A DNA stretch of 64,000 nt from the human T2T-CHM13v2.0 reference genome, Homo sapiens. The notes beneath the pieces were generated by a model, which had not been told where the DNA came from, did no database searches, and worked only from the letters and a program-made list of their open reading frames with translations. Below are positions 1 through 12,950 of the stretch, piece by piece. The number at the start of each line of letters is the position of its first letter. The first letter of the stretch is position 1. The DNA is taken from the NCBI RefSeq assembly GCF_009914755.1, contig NC_060928.1. The stretch is one strand, 5' to 3'. The translations under genes were made by a program, and so were the position numbers.

Positions 1-441
1 TAATATATTAATATTAAAATTTTTTAAAGATTCCATATTCCTCAGTCTAATAACATATTATTGCTTTTCAATAATTCTAGATGAAATAGATAACTTTTGA
101 AGTGGGTCACTTTTAAGTGATTACTACTGCTACACTAATGTACAAAAAACCTGGAAGCACAGAAACATTTGTACACTTAGAATCCTTTGGTTATTTGGAA
201 AAAGGTGGAAAGCTATTAATGTCACTATTTTACATCTTTTGTTCATCATTTTTGGCAGTTTTAACAAAGACAAAGAAGATTTAAACAGAAAAGAACCATA
301 TTGTAGGAGGTCACTATGAATTAAATCTGAAAAAATGTTCTTGGAAAGATTATTCTTGCCATCATTTCTCAACACATTTACTGGAATGTAAAGTTAAAAA
401 CAGAATAGTGTTTTGAATTTTTATAAAATTACAAAGACTTG

Positions 442-600
442 GGCTGGGTGCAGTGGCTCATGCCTATAATTCCAGTGCTTTGGGAGGGCGAGGTGGGAGG
501 ATTGCTTGAGCCCAGGGGTTTGAGGCTGTAGTGAGCTATGATCTCACTACTGCACTCCAGCCTGGGCGAAAAAGCAGGACCCTAACTCAAAAAAAAAAAA
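442..600 (+). mobile_element. Alu monomer (FAM/FRAM-like)
   Basis: Single Alu arm with A tail; TSD-like AAAATTACAAAGAC / AAAATTACCAAGAC. Confidence 0.85.
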
Positions 601-986
601 TTACCAAGACACATTGAAAGTTAATGACCTTAATGCAGTAGGAGAATTACAGCGTTACAGTGTTAAGTGAAGACTCACTTGTTTATATATAGTTTCAGAA
701 AAGTCAAATGTGCTGAAAACTAGGCCTACGTGATTTCTTTACAGTGTAAACCACAGGAAAAAAAACCTGTGACATCATTTCTTTACATTTTAACTAAAAC
801 TTCTTTCCTAAACATTAAAGAAATATTTGGAATTTAACCACAAAAGTAAATTAATTGCTTATTATAAGGCAACTTTATATCAAAATTCTCTTTCAACAAC
901 TGTTTTTCTTTAGCATATAATTTTCATTGCCACTGTCTACATTTTTCATAGAATAAAACATTTGACTGAGTTCTATTGTATTACTA

Positions 987-1147
987 TTTTGTTTTGTTTT
1001 GAGATGGAGTCTTGCACTGTTGCCCAGGCTGGAGTGCAGTGGTGCATCTCAGCTCACTGCAACCTCCACCTCCCAGGTTCAAGTGATTCTCCTTGCCTCA
1101 GCTTCCCAAGTAGCTGGACTTACAGGCACCTGCCACCATGCCCAGCC
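987..1147 (-). mobile_element. 5'-truncated Alu (right arm)
   Basis: T-rich tail followed by GAGATGGAGTCTTGCACTGTTGCCCAGGCTGGAGTGCAGTGG. Confidence 0.9.
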
Positions 1148-1532
1148 AAGATAAAATGTTTTACAGTCATGTCCTTGGTCTTCCAATGACTTATCTAAAA
1201 ATAAAATACACTTAGGTGAAACTTCTAAATCTAGAGAATGGGATTCTGTTTTGAGCAACATTAATTTAACAACTACTACTGTCTAGCCCAGAGCAAGAGG
1301 CAAGAAATACAAATAAGATACGATCTTTTCTGTCTAAACTTTATAGTCTGCTACTGAGAAAGACAAATAGTACAGGGAAGTTGAACAGATGGTCAGATAT
1401 TACCTAAAATCTATCAAGACAGCACCACACTGCTTACTAATGACTAGGATCAGAGTGTAGTCAGTGACGAAAACCAGGACTTGCCAGGTATGGAAGTCTC
1501 CAAACAAAACTCATGTCCTTTCTTTCCTCTTC

Positions 1533-1828
1533 TCTTTTTTTTTCTTTTTTTGAGGCAGAGTCTCACAAGCTCTGTCACCCATGCTGGAGTGCAGTGGTAT
1601 GATCTCTGCAACCCTGCCCCTGGGTTCAAGAGATCCGCATGCATCAGCTTCCTGAGAAGCTGGGATCACAGGTGTGTGCCACCACTCCCAGCTAATTTTT
1701 TTTGTATTTGTAGTAGAGATGGGGTTTTGTCATGTTGGCCACATTGGTCTTGAACTCCTGGCCTTAAGTGATCCACCTGCATTGGCATCCCAAAGTGCTG
1801 GGATTACAGGTGTGAGCCACTGTGCCTG
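1533..1828 (-). mobile_element. Alu (full length)
   Basis: Dimeric Alu; TSD ACAAAACTCATGT(C/T)CTTT. Confidence 0.95.
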
Positions 1829-1970
1829 GACAAAACTCATGTTCTTTCTAAAACTCCAAATAAAAAACAGCTTTTTTTTTACAAAAATCAAGAAATTAAT
1901 CTTGGTATTTAGAAAACCTAACTGTAGTCTGCGTGGGATGAATCTGATACCAAACATCAAACTAGAACTA

Positions 1971-2267
<297 letters not shown>

Positions 2268-2430
2268 CTACAAAGATAACCATCATGGTCTTGAAACTTG
2301 AACTTATGCAATATTTGTCTGTTGTACTACCTAAGAAAATTTGATTCTACTAAATAGAGAACAAGAGAAACAATGAGGAGGACAGATACAACTACATATG
2401 GGTAATATGCAAGGAAGTAGCTTAACAGAC

Positions 2431-4600
2431 TGTCTTAATCTGTTCAGACTGCTACAACAAAAAATACCATAAACTGGATGTGCTTATAAATGAAAGAAAT
2501 TTATTTCTCACAGTTCTAGAGGCTGTGAAGTCCAAGATCCAAGACACCTACAGATTCAGTGTCTAATGAGGGCTGGCTTTCTGGTTCCACAAATGGCTAT
2601 CTTTTTGCTGTTTCTTTACATGGCAGAGGGGTCAAATAATTCTCTGGGGTCTCTTTTATAGGGGTAATAGTCCCATTCATGAGGGCATCACATTCATGAC
2701 CTAATCGCCTCCCAAAGTCCTCAATTCCAAATATCATCACATTGGAGAATAGGTTTCAACATGTGAATTTTGGAGGTACAAACATTTACTCTATGGCATT
2801 CCACCTCTGTTCCTCCAAAATTCGTATCCTTTTCGCATGCAAAATACATTCATTCCATCTCAACAGTCCCTAAAATCTTAACTCACTCCAGCATCAACTC
2901 AAAAGTCTAACATCCAAAGTCTCATCTAAATATCATCTAAATCAACTATGGGTAAGACTCAAGGTACAATTCATACTGAGGCAAACTCCTCTCTAGCTGT
3001 GAGCCTGTGAAATCAAACCAGTTACGTGCTTCCAAAATACAAAGGTGGGTCAGGCATAGGATAAACACTCCCATTCAAGAAAGGGAAATAGAAAAGAAGA
3101 AAGGAATGGCAGGTCCTGAAAAAAATCCAAAACCCAATGGAACAAAATTTCATTAGATCTTAAGGCTCAAGAATAATCCTTTTTGGCTCAATCTCTGACC
3201 TTCAGGCCACTGGGACCTGCCTCCACATCTTTGCTGGGCAGAGGTTGAGCCCCTAAGTCTCTAGGTGCTCCTGCCCCCATGGCTTTGGTGGGTTGGTCCT
3301 GCAGCAACTCTCTGCCTAAATCTCACACTGTGGCTCCGTGAAATGTTGGTCCCATCCTTGAAATCTATGTAGAGGCAGCCAGGCTACTATGTCTCATGCA
3401 CTCTGGGCACCGGCAGAGACAGCTCTATGTGGTCACTAAAGTTTGCTGCCTGTACCCTTTGGAAGGGCAGCCACCCTGCTTCACTGAGCCTTTTGGAGTC
3501 ACAATGGGGCAGCTATAAAGTGTGGCACTAGAGTGTGGGAGCTGAGCCTAAGATGTAAGGAGGTTCTGGGCAGCGCTTTCTTTTTTTTTTTTCTTTTTTC
3601 TTTTTTCTTTTATTTTATTTTACTTTACTTTATTTTATTTTATTATTATTATACTTTAAGTTTTAGGGTACATGTGCACAATGTGCAGGTTAGTTACATA
3701 TGTATACATGTGTCATGCTGGTGTGCTGCACCCATTAACTCATCATTTAGCATTAGGTATATCTCCTAAAGCTATCCCTCCCCCCTCCCCCCACCCCCTG
3801 GGTAGCACTTTCTGAAGTCCCACAAGCACCAGGCACAGTAGTCCCTCCTTTGAAACTACTCTTCCTTCAAGGAACTTGCACTCTGGGCCTGGGATGAGAG
3901 TAATAGCTCTGAGGATTTTTAAACTGCCTTTGGGGTAATTCTTCCGTTATCTTGGAGAATACCTCCTGGCTTCTGTTGACATGGCTGATACATATTAATT
4001 TCCTTATAAAACAATGGCTTGGCCACACTTTTAGTGTTCCCCACCTAGAACTCTCTCTCCCCACTGGCTATCTTATTTTTAATAGTATCGATAGGCTGAG
4101 AATTTTCCAAATCTTTAAGTTCTGCTTCCTTTCTGATTAACAACTCCATCTTTAGGTCATTTATCCCTTCTCACATATGTACAAAGAACCATATGCCAGT
4201 CAGGAGAAACCAAGGGGGAGGAAACTGCTTAAACTATAATCTCATCAAATAACCGTGAAAAATTAACCATCAGAAAAGAGACTAAAAGTTGTCACCATAT
4301 CCACACTGACTTTTCATCTATTCTTCTGAGTAAACTATAAGCAGTTAAACAGTTACAAGCAGTGAGGAGAAACCAAGCCACCATTTCAGCACTTTACTTA
4401 GAAATTGCTTCAGTTAAATATCCAATTTCATTGCTCACAAGTTCTTCCTTCCACAAAATACTAGAACACAAACACAATTCAGTCAAATTCTTCACCACTT
4501 TATAACAAAAAATCATGTTTCCTCCAGTTTCCAACAACATGTTCCTCATTTCCATCTGTGACCTCATCAGAATGGTGTTTGCCATACATCTTTCCATGAA
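2431..4600 (-). mobile_element. MaLR element: MST/MLT1A-type LTR (2431-2798) plus internal sequence
   Basis: TGTCTTAATCTGTTCAGACTGCTACAACAAAAAATACCATAAACTGG ... CTATGGCA, followed by typical MaLR internal sequence. The right boundary is approximate. Confidence 0.8.
3581..3797 (-). mobile_element. Very short 5'-truncated L1PA 3' end
   Basis: L1PA 3' UTR (TATACTTTAAGTTTTAGGGTACATGTGCAC) with a long tail; TSD CTGGG(C/T)AGC(G/A)CTTTC at 3566-3580 and 3798-3812. Confidence 0.93.
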
Positions 4601-5589
4601 CTGATAATTACCATGATCAGGAAAGGCTGATGTGGCACAGAAGGCAAGAGCAACAGGACATTTGAACGTTAAATAACACAGAATTCAGGGAGTGTGGTCC
4701 TTTCTTCCCACTTAAGCCCTGTCAAAGAAGATAAACCTAACCTCATCCTTTTCCTCTTTCTTCTTGCTGTGATTTAAGTTGATTCAATAAATCCCATGAA
4801 TGGCATATTTTAATTTGGTATATGACCTTTCTGTAACGCGACTGTACGTTCCTGCTTGCGCTATGGGATACATGGAAGGTAGTTGATGGTACCAGGCGGT
4901 AAGACTACAGAAGCAGAGGTCCCCAAGTTAGAGAGAAAGGCTACGAGGCCTGGGGCATTCTTGAAATTATCAGCACCAGCATGAACTGGGGACAAATCAG
5001 GTGGGGTGGACTGTTAGGCACTGATATTACCAAGAGAACCAATTCACAAATTGACCAGTCATAGATTTGAGACCTAAATTCACCAGAAATCATAATATCC
5101 AGAGTATAAGAATCTACACATGCATTTCAACTCCTCCTTCTTCATCCACTAGAATATGCAAACTCCCACTTTCAGCCCACCAATCTTTAATATATCCTGA
5201 TGCCACATTGGATAGAACAGCAGGAGAAGCAGAAAATCTGACTCAGGATTCACCTGAGAGAAACAGAATCATCCAAAAGTGACATTTAAAATTAGAAGAG
5301 ACTAAAATAACATGAACTGGCAACTGTAATTCCCTACACCACCTCAGAATAGGTGGTTTACTGAAAATAAAATAGATTTGTTACAGTAAAGCAGCTAAAT
5401 TTTCTTTGTACACATGATTGGCAATACATTTTTGAGCCTACAACAGTATCATGAGCAGCAAAATTTCTTAACACTAACAACATGGCAAAGAGTTTAAAAA
5501 AGAAAAGAAATGAGGAAGATAAAGTAGGTTAGTCAATGGACATAGAAACTGAGTTTATTGGAACCAATTTGTGTCCCACTTCAAGAGTC

Positions 5590-5644
5590 CACACACACAT
5601 ACAGACACACAAAGATACACACAGACACACACACACACACACAC
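5590..5644. repeat. Imperfect (CA)n microsatellite
   Basis: Direct reading. Confidence 0.9.
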
Positions 5645-5755
5645 GTACGTACTACAGATATCTAGTACTCATTATACTGTCTGAAGTATTAATGTCTTCA
5701 GCAGCAGGATATTTCAGTAGTTGCTACATATATGTATAAGTATGTAAGTCCTAAA

Positions 5756-6473
5756 TGTTGGGGTTCAAAAAGCTATACCCCAAAATATGGTGCTTTGGCA
5801 TGCTGGGTATTTTTAATTAAAATGTCTCAGAAATAAGCCTCAGAACCAAGGTCTCTCTCTGCCTTTCCACTCTCCTGCCCTCCCTCAGTCTCTCTTTTTC
5901 TTTCCTAAAGCACTGAGAGTGACTCTCTCTGGAATTTCCTTATCTGATTAAGGAAGCTTCTTTCCAAAAGAAATGCAATTGTCTTAAGATCTACTTCCTG
6001 AGAATCTCATCAAATAACCATGAAAAATTAACCATCAGAAAAGAGACTAAAAGCTGTCACCATATCCACACTGACTTTTCATCTATTCTTCTGAGGACAG
6101 CTCCAAGAGATTGGCTGGGAGACTTTATCTGCATAAAAACACAACCTTCATTCCACCCCTCACCTTTCCACCACCTCACCATAGCTCAGGGAAACGCTGT
6201 CCCAGGCCATGCTCTTTGAACCCATTCATTCACTTTAAAAATTATTTACTACCTCTCTAAAATTACCTGCAGCTCCCTACTTCTCTCTTCCCCAAAAAGA
6301 AGGCATTTAAGCTTCAACCACCTGGCCCTTCTTTGAATCTCATATTTGAGGGGCTCTCATATCCATATACATATTAATAAATTTGTAACTCTTTTTCTCC
6401 TATTAATCTATTGCCAATTGTTTCAATAAAATTGCAGAAAGGGCAGAGGAAAAGCTTTCTCTTCACTCCTACA
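5756..6473 (+). mobile_element. Solo ERV1 LTR, MER34/MER39-like
   Basis: TG...CA termini; TACCCCAAAATATGGTGCTTTGGCATGCTG start; AATAAA near the 3' end. Confidence 0.8.
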
Positions 6474-7220
6474 CAAAGTAAAAAGTAGTGTATCAGCTCA
6501 TTGAATGTATTAATGTGTGACTTAGTTCTCCCTTTTTTGTCACGATGTTTAAAATTTTTTTTGTTGTTCTCCAAAAGCTATCTTTTTCCAGATATGCTAT
6601 GGTACAACTGTTGAAAATGTATTTCCTCCTACAGTAAAACCAAGACAGCACAATCAAAGGCCAACCTTAAGGAGAAGGGTAGAAATGATTGAGAATTACT
6701 CATCTACCAGAGTGAATAATCTCTTACACTGTGTGATTTTTATGTCAACTTTAACTGAAATTTTATACATGCTTTGGATATAAATTAAGGGAAAATATAA
6801 AGTTTTATACATGAGTCAGTGTGCATTCCAGTCAAGGTAGAGATCAATATATTGCAGGTCAAGGGAAAGAAGTAAAGATCTAATCAGACAATCAGAGATG
6901 ACTACCAATCTTCATGACCTATCTGCTGCCTCATTCTACACATTTTCAGTTCTGTATTGTTTCTTTTATAAAGCTAGAAAAATAGAAGGGCCACCTCTGC
7001 AGTAAAGTAAAAGTCAGTATTTTACACATAGATAAATCAGATTTTGAAGGAAACTCTTTGGGGTGATAAAAAAAGAATAACCACATGGATACCTGGATGC
7101 TACTAAGCCTCAGAGTTAAAAGGAAGACAGAGTGACATACATGGTGCTGAAAAGTTTTGAGCCTGGAAACAAGGTCATCCTGCAGTTTCACTAAGAAAAC
7201 TTAATCTATAGGGCTGGTCT

Positions 7221-7253
7221 ACCATTTGGTGACCATTTGGTGACCATTTGGTG
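7221..7253. repeat. Perfect 3x 11-bp tandem repeat ACCATTTGGTG
   Basis: Direct reading. Confidence 0.95.
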
Positions 7254-8263
7254 TCTGTGTGTCAAAAATTGCTCAGATATTTCTAAACACTTCAGAATGC
7301 CATCAGAAGCTACAGCAAATTGCAGCTCTTTCTGAAACACACACAAAAAAAGAGGATCTGGCCTGAGTGTGATTTTTTAAGTGAGCAGTTAAGGTGATAA
7401 TAAGGAAGAAGATATTTCTCATTTAATACATTCTAGAAAATAAAATGTCCCTATGGAATACAATAGCAACTTGAAACATAAATATGTGTAATTCTCATAC
7501 AGATATATGCATTTTCTATATAGTACAATCAAAATTTAAATTACAGCATTCTGCAAATTATATAATTGACAATTTTTGATTATTACAAAAGGTTTTGTAC
7601 AAGCACCAGCAGAATAATTTAGAAATTCATAAATTCTAAAAATTCTAAAACTCCAGAAATATGCACATTTTCCCAAGGATTTTATTTCAGTGTTATTTAT
7701 TAATGCTACTGTGTTATAACAACCATTCATTTCTACAGTTTAAGGATACACAAACATTTATCAACTGAGCTTCTCCACCATCACTTTCAGCAATCATGCT
7801 GAAACAGAAACTCCAGAATTACTAAACGAAAATAGAAATATAAAACAGAAAAATGTCACACACATACTCAAAAGTAATAAATTAATGGTTACTTCAATTC
7901 CTCCTCAAGCTAGCCACAAGATTTCTCTAATAGCTATAATGAAGCATTCATGTTTAACTATTCAGGGACAAGAAAGTCTAAAATGCTTGAAAGTGCTCTA
8001 CTTTAAATCAAGTTGACTTAACGGAATAAATCAGCATGCATCTTTCACCTTTTTTGGAAACTAAAGTGCACAAATATGCTGAATGCCATCCCAAATCCTG
8101 CCTAATACCCATTTAAGTAGATAGGAATTTAAGTAACAAATCTTTCCCCACCTCCTGGGAAGGAAAAATAAGTTACACAAACATCTCATCAAAACAAGGA
8201 AGGCAAGGCCCTCTCCTAAAAACTGGCAGTAAACACAGAAGACAGAAGAAGGCCTATACTTAC

Positions 8264-8290
8264 ACAGATGGCTAGAGCTCCTGCCCCCAT
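8264..8290 (-). CDS. FAM13A: FAM13A first coding exon (CDS part), MGAGALAIC, phase-0 donor; the rest of the gene lies left of the window
   Basis: The reverse complement reads ATG GGG GCA GGA GCT CTA GCC ATC TGT|GTAAGT. This matches the recalled N-terminus of the long RhoGAP-domain FAM13A isoform (MGAGALAICQSKAAV...). Consensus donor at 8258-8263. Confidence 0.93.
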
Positions 8291-8520
8291 TCTCTCAGAA
8301 AGCGTCTGGAAGAACTGAGGAAGACCAGACGAAAATATTAAAACGACAGCAAAATACTAAAATTCCATTCAGCACATATTCTTTGATGTGAAAAACAGCT
8401 CCCAATGCAAAGGCCCCAAGGTAAGCGAAGAGCAGCTTCTAACATTTTAGGAAGAGTGGTTTTGCTTCTCTTTCCGCTGAACCCACATGGCTGGAAGGAC
8501 TGCCTGGAGTTGAAATTTGA
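8291..8520 (-). other. FAM13A: FAM13A exon 1 5' UTR (TSS approximate) containing four upstream ATGs
   Basis: Unique, non-repeat sequence directly upstream of the ATG. uORFs at 8488-8447 (13 aa) and 8445-8338 (35 aa), plus ATG-TGC-TGA and ATG-GAA-TTT-TAG. The 5' boundary is inferred. Confidence 0.7.
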
Positions 8521-8700
8521 TCCACAGCCTCAGTGCTGGCAAGTAGAGGGAGTCACGTGACACGGGTCTTAAGTCGCTGACATCTTTTTTTCAAACCTGA
8601 CTCCCTAGATCCTACACACAGGCTTCTTTGACTCCGAAAACTGCCAGTCACCTGGTGGCTTTCATTAATAGAACCAACAGTGCATAAAGTGAAAACACAG
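8521..8700 (-). promoter_or_regulatory. FAM13A: FAM13A proximal non-CpG-island promoter with palindromic E-box/CLEAR motif GTCACGTGAC at 8552-8561
   Basis: Motif read directly from the sequence, immediately upstream of exon 1, with a few retained CpGs nearby. Confidence 0.65.
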
Positions 8701-9189
8701 ACTTGCTTCCCAGATTCCACACAGCTCTAAGCAAAATGTACGTATTCAGACTCAGGTTTAAAACTGCAGGCACATTATTCATTTTTTCTGAGGCAGTTTT
8801 CTCTTCTACTCTTCCTTAGAAACCAGCTAAATTCTACCAAAATTTTCTTCCTTCCATGCTACCCCATCAGAATTGTTTTAAATGAAAATGCTCTATTTTA
8901 TGTAGCCGTTACTACTTCTAATTATGTATGAGTTGTCTTATAAAAATATACTGATGATAAACATAAACAACATACTTCTAGACAACCATAATTCTACATA
9001 TGTGATTTGCAGTCTGAAAAATTAGCTAACTGACTTTTCAATAACTTTCTCTTCCACATGCTGTCACTAGAAAATTTGATAGATTTTAAAATTTACAAAT
9101 ATTTGAACTAATAGCTAAAATAGCCACTTCAGGTAAGCCAAAAGGAAACTATCCTATTTTTATTTTTGTTACCATTTTTTCTGTCAATT

Positions 9190-12100
9190 TGTTTTTCTTT
9201 TTTCTTTTGCTGTACCTATTGACCCATCCTCTAAGTTCTCTCCCCTCACCCCCAACCTCCCAACAGGCCCTGATGTGTGTTGTTTCCCCTTTGTGTCCAT
9301 GTGTTCTCAATGTTCAACTCCCACTTATGAGTGAGAACATGTGGTGTCTGGTTTTCTGTTCCTGTGGTAGTTTGCTGAGGATGACGGCTTCTAGCTTCAT
9401 ACATGTCCATGCAAAAGACATGATCTTGTTCCTTATTATGGCTGCATAGTATTCCATGGTGTATATGTACCACATTTTCTTTATCCAGTCTATCATTGAT
9501 GGGCATTTGAGTGGGTTCCATGTCTTTGCTATTGTAAACAGTGCTGCGATAAACATATGTGTGTATGTGTCTTTATAGCAGAATGATTTATACTCCTTTG
9601 GGTATATACCCAGTAATGGGACTGCTGGGTCAAATGGTATTTCTGGTTCTAGATCCTTGAGGAATCTCCATACTGTCTTCCACAATGGTTGAACTAATTA
9701 CATTCCCACGGACAGTGTAAAAGCGTTCCTATTTCTCCACATCCTCTCTAGCATCTGTTGTTTCCTGACTTTTCAATAATTGCCATTCTAACTGGCTCGA
9801 GATAGTATCTCATTGTGGTTTTGATTTGCATTTCTCTGATGATCAGTGATGGTGAGCTTTTCTTCATAGGTTTGTTGGCTACATAAATGTCTTCTTTTGA
9901 GAAGTGTCTGTTCATATCCTTTGCCCACTTTTTGATGGGGTAGTTTGTCTTTTTCCTGTAAATTTGTTTAAGTTCCTTATGGATTCTGGATATGAGACCT
10001 TTGTCAGATGCATAGTTTGCAAATATTTTCTCCCATTCTGTAGGCTGCTTGTTCACTCTGATGATAGTTTCTTTTGCTGTGCAGAAGCTCTTTAGTTTAA
10101 TTAGATCCCATTTGTCAATTTTGGCTTCTGTTGCCATTGCTTTTGGCATTTTTGTCTCTGCCCATGCCTATGCCCTGAATGGTATTGCCTAGGTTTTCTT
10201 CTAGGGTTTTTATAGTTTTGGGTTTTACATTTAAGTCTTTAATCCATCTTGAGATAATTTTTGTATAAGGTCTAAGGAAGGGGTCCAGTTTCAGTTTTTT
10301 GCATATAACTAGCCAGTTTTCCCAGGACCATTTACTGAATGGGAGATCATTTTCCCATTGCTTGTTTTTTGTCAGATTTGACGAAGATTAGATTGTTGTA
10401 GACATGTGGTGTTATTTCTGAGGTCTCCGTTCTGCTCCATTGGTCTGTATGTCTGTTTTGGTACCAGTACTGTGCTGTTTTGGTTACTGTAGCCTTGTAG
10501 TATAGTTTGAAGTCAGGTAGCATGATGCCTCCTGCTTTGTTCTTTTTGCTTAGGATTGTCTTGTCTATATGGGGTCTTCTTTGATTCTGGATGAAATTTA
10601 AAATAGTTTTTCTAATTCTGTGAAGAATGTCAATGGTAGTTTGATGGGAATAGCATTGAATCTATAGATTACTTTGGGCAGTAGGGCCATTTTCATGATC
10701 ATGATTCTTCCTATCCACGAGGATAGAATGTTTTTCCATTTGTTTGTGTTCTCTATTATATCCTTGAGCAGTGGTTTGTAGTTCTCCTTGAAGAGGTCCT
10801 TCACATCCCTTGATAGCTGTATACCTATGTATTTTATTCTCTTTGTAGCGATTGTGAATGGGAGTTCATTCATGATTTGCCTCTCTGCTTGCCTATTGTT
10901 GGTGTAAATGAATGCTTGTGATTTTTATACATTGATTTTGTATCCTGAGACCTTGCTGAAGTTCCTTATCAGTTCAAGAAGTTTTGGGGCTGAGATGATG
11001 GGGCTTCCTAAATATAAAATCAAGTCGTCTGCAAACAGAGATAACTTGATTTCTTCTCTTCCTATTTGAATACCCTTTATTTCTTTCTCTTGTTTGATTG
11101 CCTTGGCCAGAACTTCCAATACTATGTTGAATACAAGTGGTGAGAGAGGGCATCCTTGTCTTGTACCAGTTTTCAAAGGGAATGCTTCCAGCTTTTGCCC
11201 ATTCAATATGATATTGGCTGTGGATCTCTCATAAATAGCTTTTATTATTTTGAGATCTGTTCCATCAATAACTAGTTTATTGAGAGTTTTTAACATGAAG
11301 GGATGTTGAATTTTATCAAAGGCCTTTTCTGCATCTGTTGAGATAATCATGTGGTTTTTGTCTTTGGTTCTGTTTATGTGATGGATTATATTTATTGATT
11401 TGTGTATGTTGAACCAGCCTTGCATCCCAGAGATGAAGCCGACTTGATCATGGTGGATAAGTTTTTTGATGTGCTGCTGGTTTCAGTTTGCCAGTATTTT
11501 ACTGAGGATTTTTCACATCAATGTTCATCTATGGTATTGGCCTGAAGTTTTTTTGTTGTTGTTGTGTTTCTTCCCAGTTTGGGTACCAGGATGATGCTGG
11601 CTTCATAAAATGAGTTAAGGAGGAGTCCCTCCTTCTAAATTGTTTAGAATAGTTTCAGAAGGAATGGTACCAGCTCCTCTTTGTATTTCTGGTAGAATTC
11701 AGCTGTGAATCCATCTGGTCCTGGGCTTTTTTGGTTGGTAAGCTATTAATTACTACATCAGTTTCAGGCTTGTTATTGGTCTATGCAGGGATTCAACTTC
11801 TTCCTGGTTCAGTCTTGGTAAGGTGTATGCATCCAGGAGTTTAATCATTTCTTCTAAATTTTCTAGTTTGTTTGCATAGAGGTGTTTGTAGTATTCTCTG
11901 ATGGTAGTTTGTATTTCTGTAGGATCAGTGGTGATATCCCTTTTATCATTTTTTATTGGGTCTATTTGATTCTTCCTTCTCTGTTTTCTTCTTTATTAGT
12001 CTAGCCAGCAGTCTATCTATTTTGTTAATTTTTTCAAAAAAAACCAATCTTCTGGATTTATTTTTTTGGAGGGTTTTTTGTGTCTCTATCTCCTTCAATT

Positions 12101-12906
12101 CTTCTCTGATCTTAGTTATTTCTTGTCTTATGCTAGCTTTTGGATTAGTTTCCTCTTGCCTCTAACTCTTTTAATTGTGATGTTAGGGTGTCAATTTGAG
12201 ATCTTTGTAGCTTTCTGATGTGGGCATTTAGTGCTATAAATTTCCCTCTTAACACTGCTTTGGCTGTGTCCCAGATATTTTGGTACGTTCTTTGTTCTCA
12301 TTGGTTTCAAAGAACTTCTTTGAATTTCTGCCTTAATTTCATTATTTACCCAGAAGTCATTCAGGAGCAGGCTGTTCAATTTCCATGAAATTGTGTGGTT
12401 TTGAGTGAGTTTATTAATCCTGAGTTCTAATTTGATTGCACTGAGAGACTGTTTATGATTTCAGTTCTTTTACATTTGCTGAGGAGTGTTTTACTTCCAA
12501 TTACATGGTAAATTTTAGAATAATTGCCATGTGGCACTGAGAACAATTTATAGTCTGTTTATTTGGGGTAGAGAGTTCTGTAGACATCTACTAGGTCCAC
12601 TTGATCCAGAGCTGAGTTCAAATCCTGAATATCCTTGTTAGTTTTCTGTCTCTTTGATCTGTCTAATACTGATAGTGAGATGTTAAAGTCTTCCACTACT
12701 ATTGTGTGGGAGTCTAAGTCTCTTTGTAGGTCTCTAAGAACTTGTTTTCTGAATCTGGGTGCTCCTGTATTGGGTGCATATATATTCAGAATAGTTAGCT
12801 CTTCTTGTTGAATTGTTCCCTTTACCAATATGTAATGCCCTTCCTTGTCTTTTTTATCTTTGTTGGTTTAAAGTCTGTTTAGTCAGAGACTAGGATTGCC
12901 ACCCCT

Positions 12907-12950
<44 letters not shown>

